64,000 nt of DNA from Puccinia triticina (taxonomy: Eukaryota). Of this stretch, positions 25,862 to 39,000 are shown one piece after another. Every line of letters starts with the position of its first letter. The first letter of the stretch is position 1. Made by a program: the position numbers and the translations under genes. The stretch is taken from assembly GCA_026914245.1 (NCBI GenBank), contig CP110439.1, positions 1,860,001 through 1,924,000 of the forward strand, read 5' to 3'. The notes beneath the pieces are model-generated. The model was not told where the DNA came from. It did no database searches and was given only the letters and a program-made list of their open reading frames with translations.

Positions 25862-25993
25862 CCCCCTCCTGCTAGGTGTACGGCCCTGCTCAGACCACCC
25901 CTCCTGCTAGGCGTACGGCCCTGCTCAGACCACCCCTCCTGCTAGGCGTACGGCCCTGCTCAGACCACCCCTCCTGCTAGGCGTACGGCCCTG
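25862..25993. repeat. 35-bp tandem repeat, ~3.7 copies, after a poly-C run
   Basis: CCCTCCTGCTAGGCGTACGGCCCTGCTCAGACCAC repeated. Confidence 0.9.
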
Positions 25994-26442
25994 CCCCATG
26001 CCCCTTACCAACACTTCAACTAACACTGCCTGCAAGACTTGCTGAATGATCACTGATCAAGATTCTCTTTTTTGATTTGTATTTGCTGAACCCTGCACTA
26101 GATCCCTCCCCCCACAACCAACCCCAAGTGCACCTCCTCTCTCGGTGCAATTTCTTGTTTCAAATTCCTTTGTCTTGTGTGGCATGTTGTAGTCAGCAGG
26201 GCTCATTTCTAAAATCTTGTAACATATAAATTTAGTACGCATTGGGCCCCTTGAAGTTTGAAGAGCATCACTAACACCCAGTCTCCAAAACAACTCTCTC
26301 AAAGTCTGACAAACAAAGGTTGGCTCAATTGACTTTTTTTAGATTCTTAAATAGCAAAGGCTTGAAGATAGAATCCGTGTAAGTGACACATTTCATTTTT
26401 CTACTGGTTGATTGGACAACATGTACTCAAAGGAGGCTGGAG

Positions 26443-26828
26443 CAACGGTGGGCCGCTACGCTACGCCAAAAAATGAGCTAACAGCGAATTATGCGGGCCT
26501 TTCCGCAGCATTGAACCACTTAAACTGGTGAGAATATTCTAGGAGCCTCCCTGATCAAAATGGTCCAGCAGGACCGTTGCATCAGGGAGTCAGGACATCC
26601 TGGTTACCAGATGCAGAGCCAAAATTCCATTTTGAGAACAGTTCAGCTAACATGTTCTGTTTTGCAGCATTCAACTGCTTGCCTTGCGTGGATTGAACTA
26701 TAAGTCTCCAAGAGGGATCAGTCAATTAGGACTGCCCAATTCAGGGATTTTGGAAAATCCTGATGCCAGCTGCGCCACTGTAATTGTCAGTTAGCTGATT
26801 TCTAGCGCAGCGTAGCGGCCCACCGTTA
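26443..26828. mobile_element. MITE with 7-bp TSD nested in the KDZ element
   Basis: TIR CAACGGTGGGCCGCTACGCT / AGCGTAGCGGCCCACCGTTA; GCTGGAG on both flanks. Confidence 0.85.
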
Positions 26829-26929
26829 GCTGGAGGGACGCAATTTTGTGCAAAAACACGGGTAATATCCAAGTAGAAATTAAATAATTAAGTAGGAGTC
26901 ATCACCTTAAAAGAATGACAGATTAAAGT

Positions 26930-29150
26930 TCAAATAAGAGCAGCTACATCAGGCTCGGGTGAAGAAAGCCTGCTAGTGCTAGATGACAGAGAAGCCCTGC
27001 AAGTGGATTTTGAACAGAAACGACCAGACTCCAAAGAATTTGAAGAGGAACGGCGAGTGGATTGTGAAGTATCAGAGTCTGAGGACGAGTGCTCTATGGT
27101 GACACGCCTCCTAGTAGCAGAGCGTTTTTTCTTTGTCACCTCTTCTTCTGACGAGTTACCAAAGCATAGGTTTGCACGCCTCTTGAAACGCACACGACGA
27201 GGTTTTCTGATCACACCTACCTTTGGGTAAATGGCCTTCTTGGGCGGAGGGGCAAGGTTATCATCACTGTTCTCTGCGTTCGGACAAAGGCCAATTGGAC
27301 CTGGATTGGGAGCAGGTGGACCGGTGATCTTAACCCAACCCTTTGCAAACACCGTGAGAATTCGCCGTGTTGTGCCGATGCGCATCTTTGTTGGTGCCTT
27401 GCAAAATTCAGCTGGTGCAATAAGCAGATTGTTTGGTTGCACAAATAATGTGACACCCAATTCTCGCAAAGTTGCGGCAGTATTCTCACCCGGCCAACCT
27501 GTCACGCAAACACCATGAGTGGCCTTGGCTGCCATAGGAAAATGATAAATGAATACTAATCCGTAACCGGTGGGATGAGGGGGGGAAGGGAGATCTGTCT
27601 GACTGCTACGTACTCAAAGCCTCTTGGAGCAACCTTTGAACCTCATCAGAGTTAGCAACCTTGCTTCCTGCAATTGGAAAATAGAAATTTGAATTTTTGT
27701 GAGGCAAGTTTGGTAGATGCAGGAGAATTGGGAGCTACCTAAATCGTATGGACAGTCCGGATCATCGCTTTCAATAGCACGTCTTCTCTTCCTTGGATTA
27801 ATCGGAGGAGGTAAGCGGCCGGAGACATCTTTAATTGCCTGTTTTCCACTAACAAACTTGAAGAAGGAATTGCATTGATTTTTTTCGGGCTCCAAGATGT
27901 CGAGGAACTCTTCTGCCATATGACTTCCGCTGGTGAGAAGAACTGGTCGAACGGGGTCGCGCAAGGCAAGCACAACATATCCCTCCACCTGGTGAGCAGT
28001 GCTGAGGTTTTGGAGCTGTTGATTATGGAAGGACCAGTCAGCTTTGAAAGATGCAGATCTGTCAGAAGAATGCCTACATCGCGTGTGACCTTGTGCGTCC
28101 ATGATTTAAGGCTAAATCAATTGCTTCTAAGGGTCCTTGTTGGAGGGACAGATGTCTCATCTTCGGGGAGATGGTCCGTTTTGGCGGGGATGCTGGTCAC
28201 AGAATTTACACGAGCAAGTGAATCAATGTAGTCTTGATCCTTCCACTGCTCCCGAGCTTCCTGGGTAAGCCCACGCCAAAGGGCCCCACATTTGATAGCC
28301 CGCTCGTTGGAGGTGATGGTTTCTGGAAACAAGGAGCGTAATGGTATGAGCCTTTGAGCAATTGAAGCGGTTTCAAGAGACCAGGCTTACCATTGTGTTT
28401 AATGGCAACAGCCTCCGGATCATATTTGCAAAAGTCATTGTAGCAATTTCCACCGCGGATGCGCACTTTGTTTCCGAGATAGTGCAACACCGGTTTGATT
28501 TCAAGCTTATTCTTAATAGCAATGAGATGGACAGCGGACTGGTAATCAAGGTATGCCTGATCCAGTTCTAGCTTATCGGCGATGGTGAGGCGCTTATACT
28601 CCGGGTCTTTAACAACGATACAGCGGAGTGTATCAAGTGGCTGATGCCGGATCTTCTCCATCGTTTCGGCTGATAGCTTGGATCTCTTGTTGCGACCTTG
28701 AAACTGACTAAGGTCAGGCTTGGGGGTAGGGTCGCGCGGAGGGGGGTGGGACACCTGTGACGTCGATGGAGACACAGGAATTGTAGTGTTTCTGGCTCGA
28801 GGGGCACGTTTTTTGCGGGCCGGCTTAGTATTTGGAGCGGGGGTATTAGGGGGATTAACGTCTAGTTGGAGTGGGGGTGGAAGAGCAGGAGGTGACAAAT
28901 CATTGTTGTTGGCCAAACTGTTGGAGGGGGATCGATCTAAGACTCGGCGAAAGAATCCGCCACCGCTTTGGCCGGATAGGGTGGGAGTGAAGTTGGGGCC
29001 CTGAGGCAATATCTCAGTGGAGAGGGACGAGGGAGGGGCACTCCGGCAAGCCAAAAATTCAGAACCAGAGCCAGGTGTAGAATAATTCGGAGGTGCTCCT
29101 GGGTTGGGATTGTCTCGAGGGCCAACACGTTGATTTTCAAACAAGTCCAT
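26930..29150 (-). pseudogene. KDZ cargo gene with HMG-box-like region (spliced, one in-frame stop)
   Basis: Spliced frame ...RIRGGNCYNDFCKYDPEA.../...NERAIKCGALWRGLTQEAREQWKD, then NLSTAHQVEGYVVLA and VTGWPGENT. TGA at 28117-28119 interrupts the frame. Confidence 0.7.
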
Positions 29151-31113
29151 ACTCAGAACTAAAACAAGGATTGGAAGTCAGAAATAGAAGATTTAACGCG
29201 CTTAACTGAGCTTTACACTCACAGGTACAGAAGGTGCCAGACTACCGCGCCAAATTGCAATATAGCTGAAAATCAGACTTGGAATTTGATTGATCTGGCA
29301 CAAGTGGCAGAGAACAGATCAAACTACAGAAGATAAAAAACTTGAGCAACAGTTTAGTATCTTGGTTGAGGGAAGTGCTGCTCACAGGTGTGAGAGGTGT
29401 GGCAAGAAGACCTGATCCAATAAGGAGCTGAAGTGTGAATATGAGGATTGTTTTCAAGAGAGACGTGCACGCAGTTGGATAGCAATTGTTCAAGCTAGCA
29501 TAGGTGCCGGTTTGTGAGCGCGGGCGGGTCTTGATGAGGTGGTTGATTAAAGGTGGAGCGGCCGATTCACGTCTAGTAAGTTCTTGTAGATAGTGTGGGA
29601 AGGTGAGTTGGACAGAACGAGTTTACATAAATAGAAGTTTCAATGACAAGGTTGAGACAGTGGTGGCCGTGGATGCTCTAAATGTGGGTGGAAGGTTGCG
29701 GAATTACCTGCTGCGGTTGACCGGTTGTTGGTTGCTTGTGTAAGCTTGTGGCACCTGCACAGAGGGTTTACTTGTGTTTACCGGTGATGGGTGACCTTAT
29801 TGAAACTTGGGGAATGTAGCTGCAACCAAAATAGGCAATGTGCCAGCATGTACCCCAGTGGTAGCCATTCATTGAAAAGTGTGGAGCATGTCCACAGCTA
29901 ATTTTGAGTCAGGAAATATAGGTTAGGTGGGGGATGCTTATTCCATGGATGCTTCTGGGTTGAGACAATCAAGATATCATAAATAGATGATCCCAGTCAA
30001 GGTAGTACTGGAATGATGCTGCTTTTAAAATTTTTGGGTCTGTAATAGCTATTCTGCAACACCTCTTTATATATATGTTGCTTTTACAAATTTGGTTGGG
30101 GCTTTGCTATTTTCCATTTTCCAACTCCTCTTCATATATATGAGATTGGTTGCACAATGCAGACTCATTGAGGTTATGACTGGAAAACCTTTGGCAGAGT
30201 GAAAAACATAATTTAGACACATTTGCAGGTGCTTAGAATTCATTTTGAAGTAAAAGGCAGACTATTGCACTACACTTTACTTATGATGTGTTTTGATTTT
30301 TAATTTCAGCTTGTCAGACCTCAAATTTATGTTCATTAAATTCAACCTCTTCAGTTGATAAAAGATCTGAATAAGTGTATGAACACCAGAAATTGAATGC
30401 TTGGATAATGTTAATTTCATATGAAAGCATCAATTTTTGTCATTCACATATGTATAGCAAAGGTTGATGTGGGTTTTTATGGAAGTTGATTCAAGTTTGT
30501 TGACAAGAGATCAGAATTCAGGTTTTCTTTTTGCATCAACAATAGTACTTCTTTCTAAAATTAATTCTTGAAACTTCCAGGATAATTGGCTTGGTTGAGG
30601 GCATCACAATTCTGGGATCAACTCATCCAATTTAACATTACTTGATCTCTTGACCAAATTTACCTTGGAGTTATTTTTCCTCAATTAATATCAACCAACG
30701 CTGAATTTTTTGAGTCAGTTGGATCTATCTTTCCTTATTTGAGATGAACAAATATTGATAAATCTATTGAGATGCTCAAACCTTACAACTGTAAAATGTA
30801 ATATAAGAAAATCTGTCCACAATTCTATACTTGGAGAAGTATGCCCCATAAGAACAAATACCTTGGTGACTCAAGTTTTCTCAACGCACCTGCACTGTTA
30901 CTACAACACTCAGCCTTCAGCAATTTTCAATCGGTGTCGAATGGTCTATTTGTGAAATTCTCAAACCAACGTAATAAAATTTGCGCACTTTAAATGTAGT
31001 TGAGAAAAACAATGAAGCCAATCAAAATAAATCAATTATCCAAAATGCAGAATAAATGAACAAAAATTTCTGGACTAATACTGAAGGAGCAGTGAATTTC
31101 TTTGGCAAGTTTG

Positions 31114-34100
31114 CTACACATCTGTCATCAACTCTTCCTGAACATCTTCTCCATCATCTTGAAGAACATCTAATACAGCCTCTTCAAGATCATCGTCCAC
31201 ATCATTTGAAGCCAGATCATTTGATAAGATATTGGGAAAAAAAGTGTGCCGGTCTCGTTTAACCTGATCAATTAATCTAGTCCACTCTTGAAATTGAGAA
31301 TTGTTAGAATCAGGTTGGCATCGCTGCCACAGCCATGAAATGTCATTGGACCACAATTTGATCAACTCGCCATGATCAATTAAGTTCAACTTCAACTCTT
31401 CCCGGATCAATTCCAATTTTCCCAGTCTTGTTAACAATCCTAATGATAATTCATCGAATTGATCGGGAGCCACATTTGGATTGCTTTTCATGACTTCAAT
31501 TCCTGTAGCTGAAATGTATTCAGTATCCAATATTAAGGAGCAATGAATTGAAAAACAAGGAGCTTACGTCTGGTTATGTAATCTATGGTTTCTTTGATTT
31601 TTGAGTACTTCCGCCTTGCCCAACCAATTGTCCGAGAAAGCTCTTGCGCAAGCATTTCAAACTCCTCTTGAATACGTCCAAGTACTAGAATACAGTTGAT
31701 CCCTTCACAAACATCTGTGTCAATTGACCAAGGGGCATTAGTATGATAGTACAGACCATCATTCCAGAAAGCGTGGTCCATTTCCCATTGGATGAAGACC
31801 TTGTACGTCAGAGGATGATTGTGTACATCTGGTTGTTGGTGATTGGGGTATTTCTCGCGGAATTCTTGATAAAGCTCGTTGAATGAATCAATGATTTTTT
31901 TGACAGCTGGGCGTCGGTTCTGAAGCGCTTTGACTATAGTTTCTTTTCCATGTGTTCCAAGATGAGATCCCATGATGTGTGAATCTAGTAGTGGTCGACG
32001 CTCGGCATGTATTTGGACCACTTGAGCAAAGAGATCTGATTTCGCATCCCAGAGAAGGAGTCGTAGTTTCTCCTCTTCGTAATCTGTTGGATGTGTATTT
32101 TTAGTGTGCATTCATGTGATTCATCAGAATGGGCTACTTGCCTCGGTCTGCGGCTGCCCCACTCCGGCCGGTAAGTTGCGCAATCTGGATACTCAAAGAA
32201 TCTGATTCGGTAACAATTGAGTCCATAAGGGCCCGAACCTCGGCAACAGTGACGAAGAAGATCTCAGGGCTCTGTAAACCTTGCCTAACAAGTCGTAAAA
32301 AATAAACAAATCAAGTTTATTTGAAAGGAATTAAAATTCATCTGGAATGCTTAAAAGCATACCTCATGTGCTCGACTGTTGCCTTGCGTTTGTAAAGTGC
32401 AACTAGCTTTTTTCGGCGATCTGTCTTGGTTTCACTATGACTAACGTGAAATTCTCGTTGCGCCCTCCACTGCCTCTTGAAGAACACAACTGTAAAATTT
32501 TGCCCACCTGGTTGATGAGGATTTGGCTTGCCCAGGAGGTTCCTCAAGATTCCTTGGGTTTCGTAACGGCGTTGAGTGGCCTTTTGGAACTTTTTGCGGA
32601 GCCAGAATGCTACATTGAAAATAATATTTTCAATCATGTCATTTTTGGTTAATCTTTTCAATATTTTGACATCTTTAGGAGACTTACAGAGCTGTTTGAT
32701 CCCCCGGGTGTTGTGGTGTTTTGTTTTATGTGAGAGAGAACCAAAACGGCAATTGCGGGTGGCATACCTCAAGGGACTGACCAGACCATAACCGTTCAAG
32801 CCCTTCCCCGTCCGAGAAACCCCATCCTTTGTTAAAACGAGGATGGAACTCCAACTGACAAAGCCAGTTATGTGCGTAGGCATGAAAGACTGAGGTGCCA
32901 AAACGTAGCTGGCTTCGATACTGAGGTATGAGTTGTCTCTGTGAATACAACAAAGTGAATTCAAAGTCATTCAACAGTTTCATACAACATAGCAGAGAGG
33001 AAGAAGCAACAAACACAATCAATGTACTTATCCATTGTACATCCAATGTTGTACAAAACACCAACTTGACGGCCAGGCTCAATTTCCGATAGAACTTTTT
33101 TGATGATTGTCATGGGATAGTGCCGCTGCTCGCCTGATTTGTAGATGTTTGCAAGGTAGACGGCTGCATTGTGTCGACAGCAGCATCCCATCAGGCCGGT
33201 GTCGTCGCAGCCCTTCCAAGTTGATTTGTTTTGTTTGTCATCAGCTGCCTTGTGGGATTCGGCACAACGGTCGGCCTGTGAATTGAATTCTTCTCAGTAA
33301 ATTTGGTAAAATTCACAAATCTTACAACAAATTAGAAGAATCAGATTGGACTAAGACCTGTGCAGGAGCCATTCCTTGCGCTTCGTGATCACGGATTTCT
33401 TGTGATACTGCATCAACCTTGGCTTGTTTGATAAATATTGGAGGTGTTTGCAGTGGTACATGATCTTGGCTAGCCTTAATTTGATGACGGTGCTGGAAGT
33501 TGCCATCAAGGCAGACTATGAGGCAATTGCGTGTGTCTACCGAATAATCCAAGGAGTTGGGTGGCTGCGGCCCAAAGCAGGCTGGGCATGACTGTGAAGC
33601 TAGAAATTCCTGGCTAGAAAGCTTCAGAGAAGAAACAACAATTTTGTTTTGTCTTTCTTCTAATTGACAAAACAAGTCAACGGCTGCTGAGAAAGGTTTT
33701 CGAAGATCCCTGGCCTGAAAATTGGAGCAAAATAAAAATAAAATTGATATTATTATTTAATCGTAATCTTGAAGACACGATTGACAAACTAGGTAAAATA
33801 GACTTACATGTTTACCTTTGCGGACACATAATCGCTGTGATCGAGGCTCAAGCCATTCGTTGAGGGCTAGTGTGAATGGCTGTGCACCTGTATGACAGTG
33901 GTTCCAGAGGCTGTTGTAGAAAATGAGAAGCGGAACAGAAAACGCTGTCTGAGGCTTGACTGGTGAACCGGCAAGGTATCCTCGCTGGAGAAGGCAAACA
34001 CCATCCAGAGTGCATTCACAAAAGTTGACTTGTTCGCGCCGCTGACCTAGAGCAAAAAATTAAGTTAGTTCATGTATGTAACTTTTGCTGAATATGATGA

Positions 34101-34634
34101 CCTGCCCTGGATATCAACCAAGTCCACCTTTCAATTATATTTCTTGACGCAACTTGATGGGCACTGAGAGAAGTTGTCGTAAGAGTTGGTTGAGGCCCAG
34201 TTCTTGGTGAGGATTCTCAACCTCAGGTATTCAGCAACAAGGTGGTTGAGAAGTACGTCCCAATTGAAGTCACGCGCTTGTTGCCGGTGCTTCTCCTTAT
34301 CTGCGGCAATAAGAAGATCAATCTCATCGGGTTCCTCTTCAGACAAGCCAGCCCACCCAGGAAGATTTTCATCATGATCACCGCCAAGACCATCTTCGGT
34401 GTTCTGTTCTCCATGTTCTTCATCATCATGAAAGCTAGCATATGTGAATGTGTTGTTGTCCATTAAATTCTGAATTGGCGGGTTTGGGTTGGCGGGATTT
34501 CTTGCATGGTGTTGATCAAGATTTTCTACGTGACGCAATCTTGCCAAGGTTGCAGCATTATGGTTGGAATGTACACGGCGTCGGGTTGCTTGCATGCGGT
34601 TTGCGCCGGGAACGTTGAGGCGGTAGATGGCCAT
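31114..34634 (-). pseudogene. CxC1-KDZ transposase, inactivated
   Basis: CxC1-type FCECTLDGVCLLQRGYLAGSPVKPQTAFS. KDZ core CPACFG...CLDGNFQHRH, GCCCRHN, LYNIGC, SVFHAYAHNWLCQ, GFSDGEGLERLWS. Premature TGA at 34131-34133 and a frame change after ERLWS. Confidence 0.92.
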
Positions 34635-34659
34635 GGTGGGCTGGGTGAAAAGACGAAGA

Positions 34660-34743
34660 GCTGATTTGTTGTGGGTGTACTGTGAACGCGCTGATTTGTT
34701 GTGGGTGTACTGTGAACGCGCTGATTTGTTGTGGGTGTACTGT
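34660..34743. repeat. 30-bp tandem repeat, ~3 copies, just upstream of the transposase ATG
   Basis: GCTGATTTGTTGTGGGTGTACTGTGAACGC repeated. Confidence 0.9.
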
Positions 34744-35533
34744 AAAAGCTTGAGATGAGGAAGTTGTGTACGCCGGTGATAGGTTGTATTAAAACTGCCG
34801 GGCGGGAAAATCAGAGCTAAGCACCCGGGCGGGGTGATGTTGGGCATGCCGCCGGTGGGTTGGTGTGATATGTACACCCGGGAAGTCCATCCACGGGGAA
34901 ATCACGCGGATTCCACGAGGACTCCACGTGGTAGCCGCGCGCAAGGTCGGACCAGCGGCTGTTGGTCCACACGTTCACGGAGTCACCACTGGGAGGATCA
35001 CCCGTGGATTCCACGGCAGCTTTTGGCTCCGTGTGGAATCCCCATGGATTCCCTGTGATCCCAACGTGAAGGTCGGGCCCACGGGTGGATCATGGGTCCT
35101 TCAACCGTGGACTCCCCGTGGATTCGCCGTGATACCCACGGGCGGGTCGAGCCCCTCAGCTTTCCGTGGGGACCACCAAGGGTGGTCCTGTAGTTTGGTT
35201 AGCCAGCCCCGGAGTGGATCAAATCCGCAGGTAATGCTGTAGCAGAATGTGGTACCGCCAGGGTACCACACACTACATTGCAACTGCAATGGCCGTTGTA
35301 AAAGCATTGAAAAATTACATTGCAAAAGAGATACAAAATCACAGATAAAAAAAATATCTTGTTGATATCTGACCTGATCACTTTGGCAGATTGTCTTGGA
35401 TCTTTGAATAGATATTCAAGAGGATTCAAGAATATAAGAAATCCTATCCAAATCAGATCAATCTGTTTCTGTATTTAAGTCTCAAAGATCCCCAAGGAAA
35501 CTTAAACCAACCGTTGACTGATAATCGTTTCAA

Positions 35534-35945
35534 GGCTCAGATCAATCGGATTTCTTCTCTGGTTCGTGAGATCAGAAAATTGAGGAAGGGGATCTTTGCT
35601 AGCGGGAGGAGAGATTCATTTGCGATCGTAGGTAAGCTTACTGGACATCACCTGTCTCCTATTTGACGCGTACTATTATTTGCCAACATTGCGAACGTGT
35701 GTTTCTGTCTCACAATTTACAAATTGAGCGCACAATTAGCTCTGGAATTGTTGGATTTGGAACAGTTGAATACATTGCTGAATCACTTGATCATGGATCT
35801 ATACCAAAACGTGCCGATTTCTGAACATTGGGTTCGGGCTGAATCAATAACGATTGCGAACGAAGTCGAAGAACATGATTTTGGGAAGATTATAAACCAT
35901 CAGAGACAAACGGAAGAAGAAGTTCTGGACAGACGATTTGGATAG
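35534..35945 (+). CDS. Probable small spliced gene inside the KDZ element, divergent from the transposase (5' end unresolved)
   Basis: Exon AQINRISSLVREIRKLRKGIFASGRRDSFAIV joins in phase across a GTAAGC...TAG intron (~35632-35739) to ALELLDLEQLNTLLNHLIMDLY...RRFG*. Confidence 0.45.
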
Positions 35946-36020
35946 CGGAGTTGGGTTGCTTGGCTTCAACACCAACCTGATGATTGGCAAAGTGATCATG
36001 TTGGTTTGGGTGGTATCCTA

Positions 36021-39000
36021 TAAAAAGATAGGAGCAACTGAAAGATATGATTCCTTGTCAGATGCGCTAAATACATGATTTGTAATCAACAAAACATTCT
36101 AATTAAGTGAGCTCGCAATACCTGAAAGCAGACAGAGATCTGCCTAAGTTGTTTTAGAGAGAAGAGGGATCGAGTGAGACTAAAGATGTCGGTCTAGGGT
36201 TTGGATTGATAATGTCAGAATCTGCAGCGACATCTACATCAGTGTCTGTCTCGTTTCTTTTCTCTTCTTTTTCTGTTGCGGCTCACCGAGATAAAGCACG
36301 GCTATTGTAGTAGCTTTGTTTTATCTTGCCTAAATGGGCCTGCGGTTTCCTGTGCTACAGTTCAACCGGGTCTCTTAGCTTATCTGTCGCATGGCCTTGT
36401 CTGGCCTAATTGCGTGGCTTTGGTGCTTACAGGTTGCGTTGGCTTCCGTGATTCTGGCGAGCAGTTCGTCTCGGGACTTTAGTCCTAGTCTTTCTGCGAG
36501 AGTCCTGTGGTTAAACACATCTAGGTCAGTCTTGGTTACAAGCCTTCCATTGTCTGATCTCTTGTACTCACAAGTTTCTTGGAGCTGCTGCTTTAAGTTC
36601 TACCGATGGCGTTGCGGCTGATCGTCTGGCTTCTGCAATCGTGGCAATATATTTTAGCTCTGCGTCTGGGTTAGGTCTGGACTGCGAAAGGGGCTTACCT
36701 TTCTTTGCAGCTGGGTCTGGGTCTAACCTCGCGAGCTTCCTCGGGGGTTGCTGCGGGTCTGGGTCTGAGTTTGGCTCTGGGCCTGATCCTGAATTCCTAC
36801 AGCCTCGCATGCTTCGAGTTGCAAGATTCGAAGTAACATCGGAGATTTGGAGCACGCCTATTTGAGTGAGGGAGCGGCGAATGACCGAGCGACCAAGGGC
36901 TTTAGTGAGAAAATCAGCCGCGTTAGCGCTGGTCTTGACGTATTGGAGTTGAATCAGGCGAAGTAGAATGAGCTCCCAGACAAAATGGAGTCGAATATCC
37001 ATGTGCTTGGTCCAGAAGCCATTTTGAGATGTTTCACTGTTAGCGAGGTCGATTGTTCCCTTGTTGTCCACTGCGACCTCAATGGGCTCAACCGTGTCTA
37101 GAATTCCGGTTTCCTTGATGAGGCTCGCAAGCCAAGCCAGGTCGCGCCCAAGGTCAGACAGCGCCTTGTATTCCGCCTCGGCGGTTGAGAGAGAAACGGT
37201 TGGCTGTTTACTGGATTTCCAGTTGATAAGATGGGTGCCTACGGTGATGACGAAACCGGTGGTTGACCGCCTGGTGTCCAGGCAATTGCCCCAGTCGGCG
37301 TCCGAGTAAGCTTTTAGCTTGCAGTTGTTTGAGAGCTTGAAAGTGAGCCCAACATTCTGGGTCCCCGAAAGATACCGGAAAACTTGAACGGCAGCTTGGT
37401 ACTGCCTGATTCCTGGGTTGTCCAAGTACTGCAAGAGTTGACTCACTGCAAAGGAGATATCCGGTCTCGTGAGAATGCTCAGGTAGTTGAGTGATCCTAC
37501 TAAGCCGCGGTAGTTGACCCCAAGTTTGTTGAAGGCGTCAATTTCCTGGCCCGTTGCCTTAGACAGGCGTTCTCGAGGGTTAAGAGGACAGGAGGCTGGG
37601 TGTTCGTCCGCTAGACCAAATTCGGAGAGTTTTTGCTCCACGTATTGAGTCTGATTTATTTGAAGGCCGTCTTTGAAGCGGTCGATGTTCATTCCTAGGA
37701 GGAATTCCGCTTCTCCTGGGTACTTGATCTCAAACTCTTTCTCCATCTCTCGCCTGAAAATTTCGGGTTGCTTGCTGATGATGACGATATCATCGAAATG
37801 TGCAAATAGCCAAGTTGCTGGTCGGCCGGTCTCTTCGCGTCTCCAGAAGACGCAGGGATCAGAAGTCGAGATCTGAAAGCCGAGAGTTTTGAGATAGGCC
37901 GTAAGTCGTTTATACCAGACCAAAGGTGCTTGGCAAAGGCCATAAATGGCCTTATTGAGGTGGAGAACCAATTTGGGAGGGCAATCGTATCCTTGAGGTG
38001 GCAGAAGAGTTACCGTATCCTCGAGGGGGCAAGTCAGGAATGCACTCCTGACGTCCAACTGGTGAATCTCAAGTCCATTATTGACTGCAAACAAGATGAG
38101 TAGGCGGAGTGACGCGGCCTTGCCCGTTGGGGCGTAGATGATGTTGAAGTGCCTGCCGTGGATTCGCCGGAAACCCTGCGCGCAGATGCGGGCCTTGAAC
38201 TCGATGACTTCGTTCGATGGTCCTAGCTTTCTTCTGTATGCCCAAGTGGAGGGGATAGGCTCATCGGAGGAGAGTCTCTGGCGGATAGTCCAGACTTGAT
38301 GCTTCAGCATGTTAGCAATTTCGTTCTCCTCCGCCTGGCTCCAGCTGAGTCGATCCTTCCCACTCATGGCTTGATTGTGGTTCTTCGGGTCGACCTCGAT
38401 CTCAATCAGAAACGCTTGCCGAGTTCTCTTTCCGGAGACAATGTTGCGCTGGTCTATCCCGCTTGAGATTTCCTTAGGCGGAGGGGCGGTTGTCCATTCA
38501 AACCGTTGCCCTGCAGTAGCGTTTGACGTCTTGGCGGCCGGAGGGTGACCGGTGGCCTCAGGTGCAGGGGCTGTGGAGTCCTGCGGGCTGGCGGACCGGA
38601 GGTTGCGGATAATTCGGGACATGTCGTTAGCTTCTTCCTCAAGCTGAGCGGTGGATTCATTTTCAGGTTGATCTTCGAGGAGAGGAATTGTCTCCTCCTC
38701 GTCAAATGGTAGTGGGCTGTCTGATTTGAAGTTCGGCATGCACTCTTGGTCGACATGAGAGTGACTCCTGTGTAACGCTGGGCATTCCGGAAAGGTTGTC
38801 TCATCGAAGTGGACGTGTTTTACTGTGATGATTGCTTTGTCTTCCGTCCGATAGACTTTATACGACGAGTAGTCCTTCTCATATCCCAACAGGATCCCTT
38901 CCCAGGATATAGAACCGAATTTAGAATCGCGCTTTTGCTTCGGCTTGATGATCCACACGCGACAGCCGAAGGGACGGAGGAAGTTGATGTTAGGCTTTAG

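Noticed and set aside
29200..31100. Possible TET/JBP gene inside the KDZ element
   Set aside because: No HxD...H dioxygenase motifs or coherent frame were recognisable by eye.
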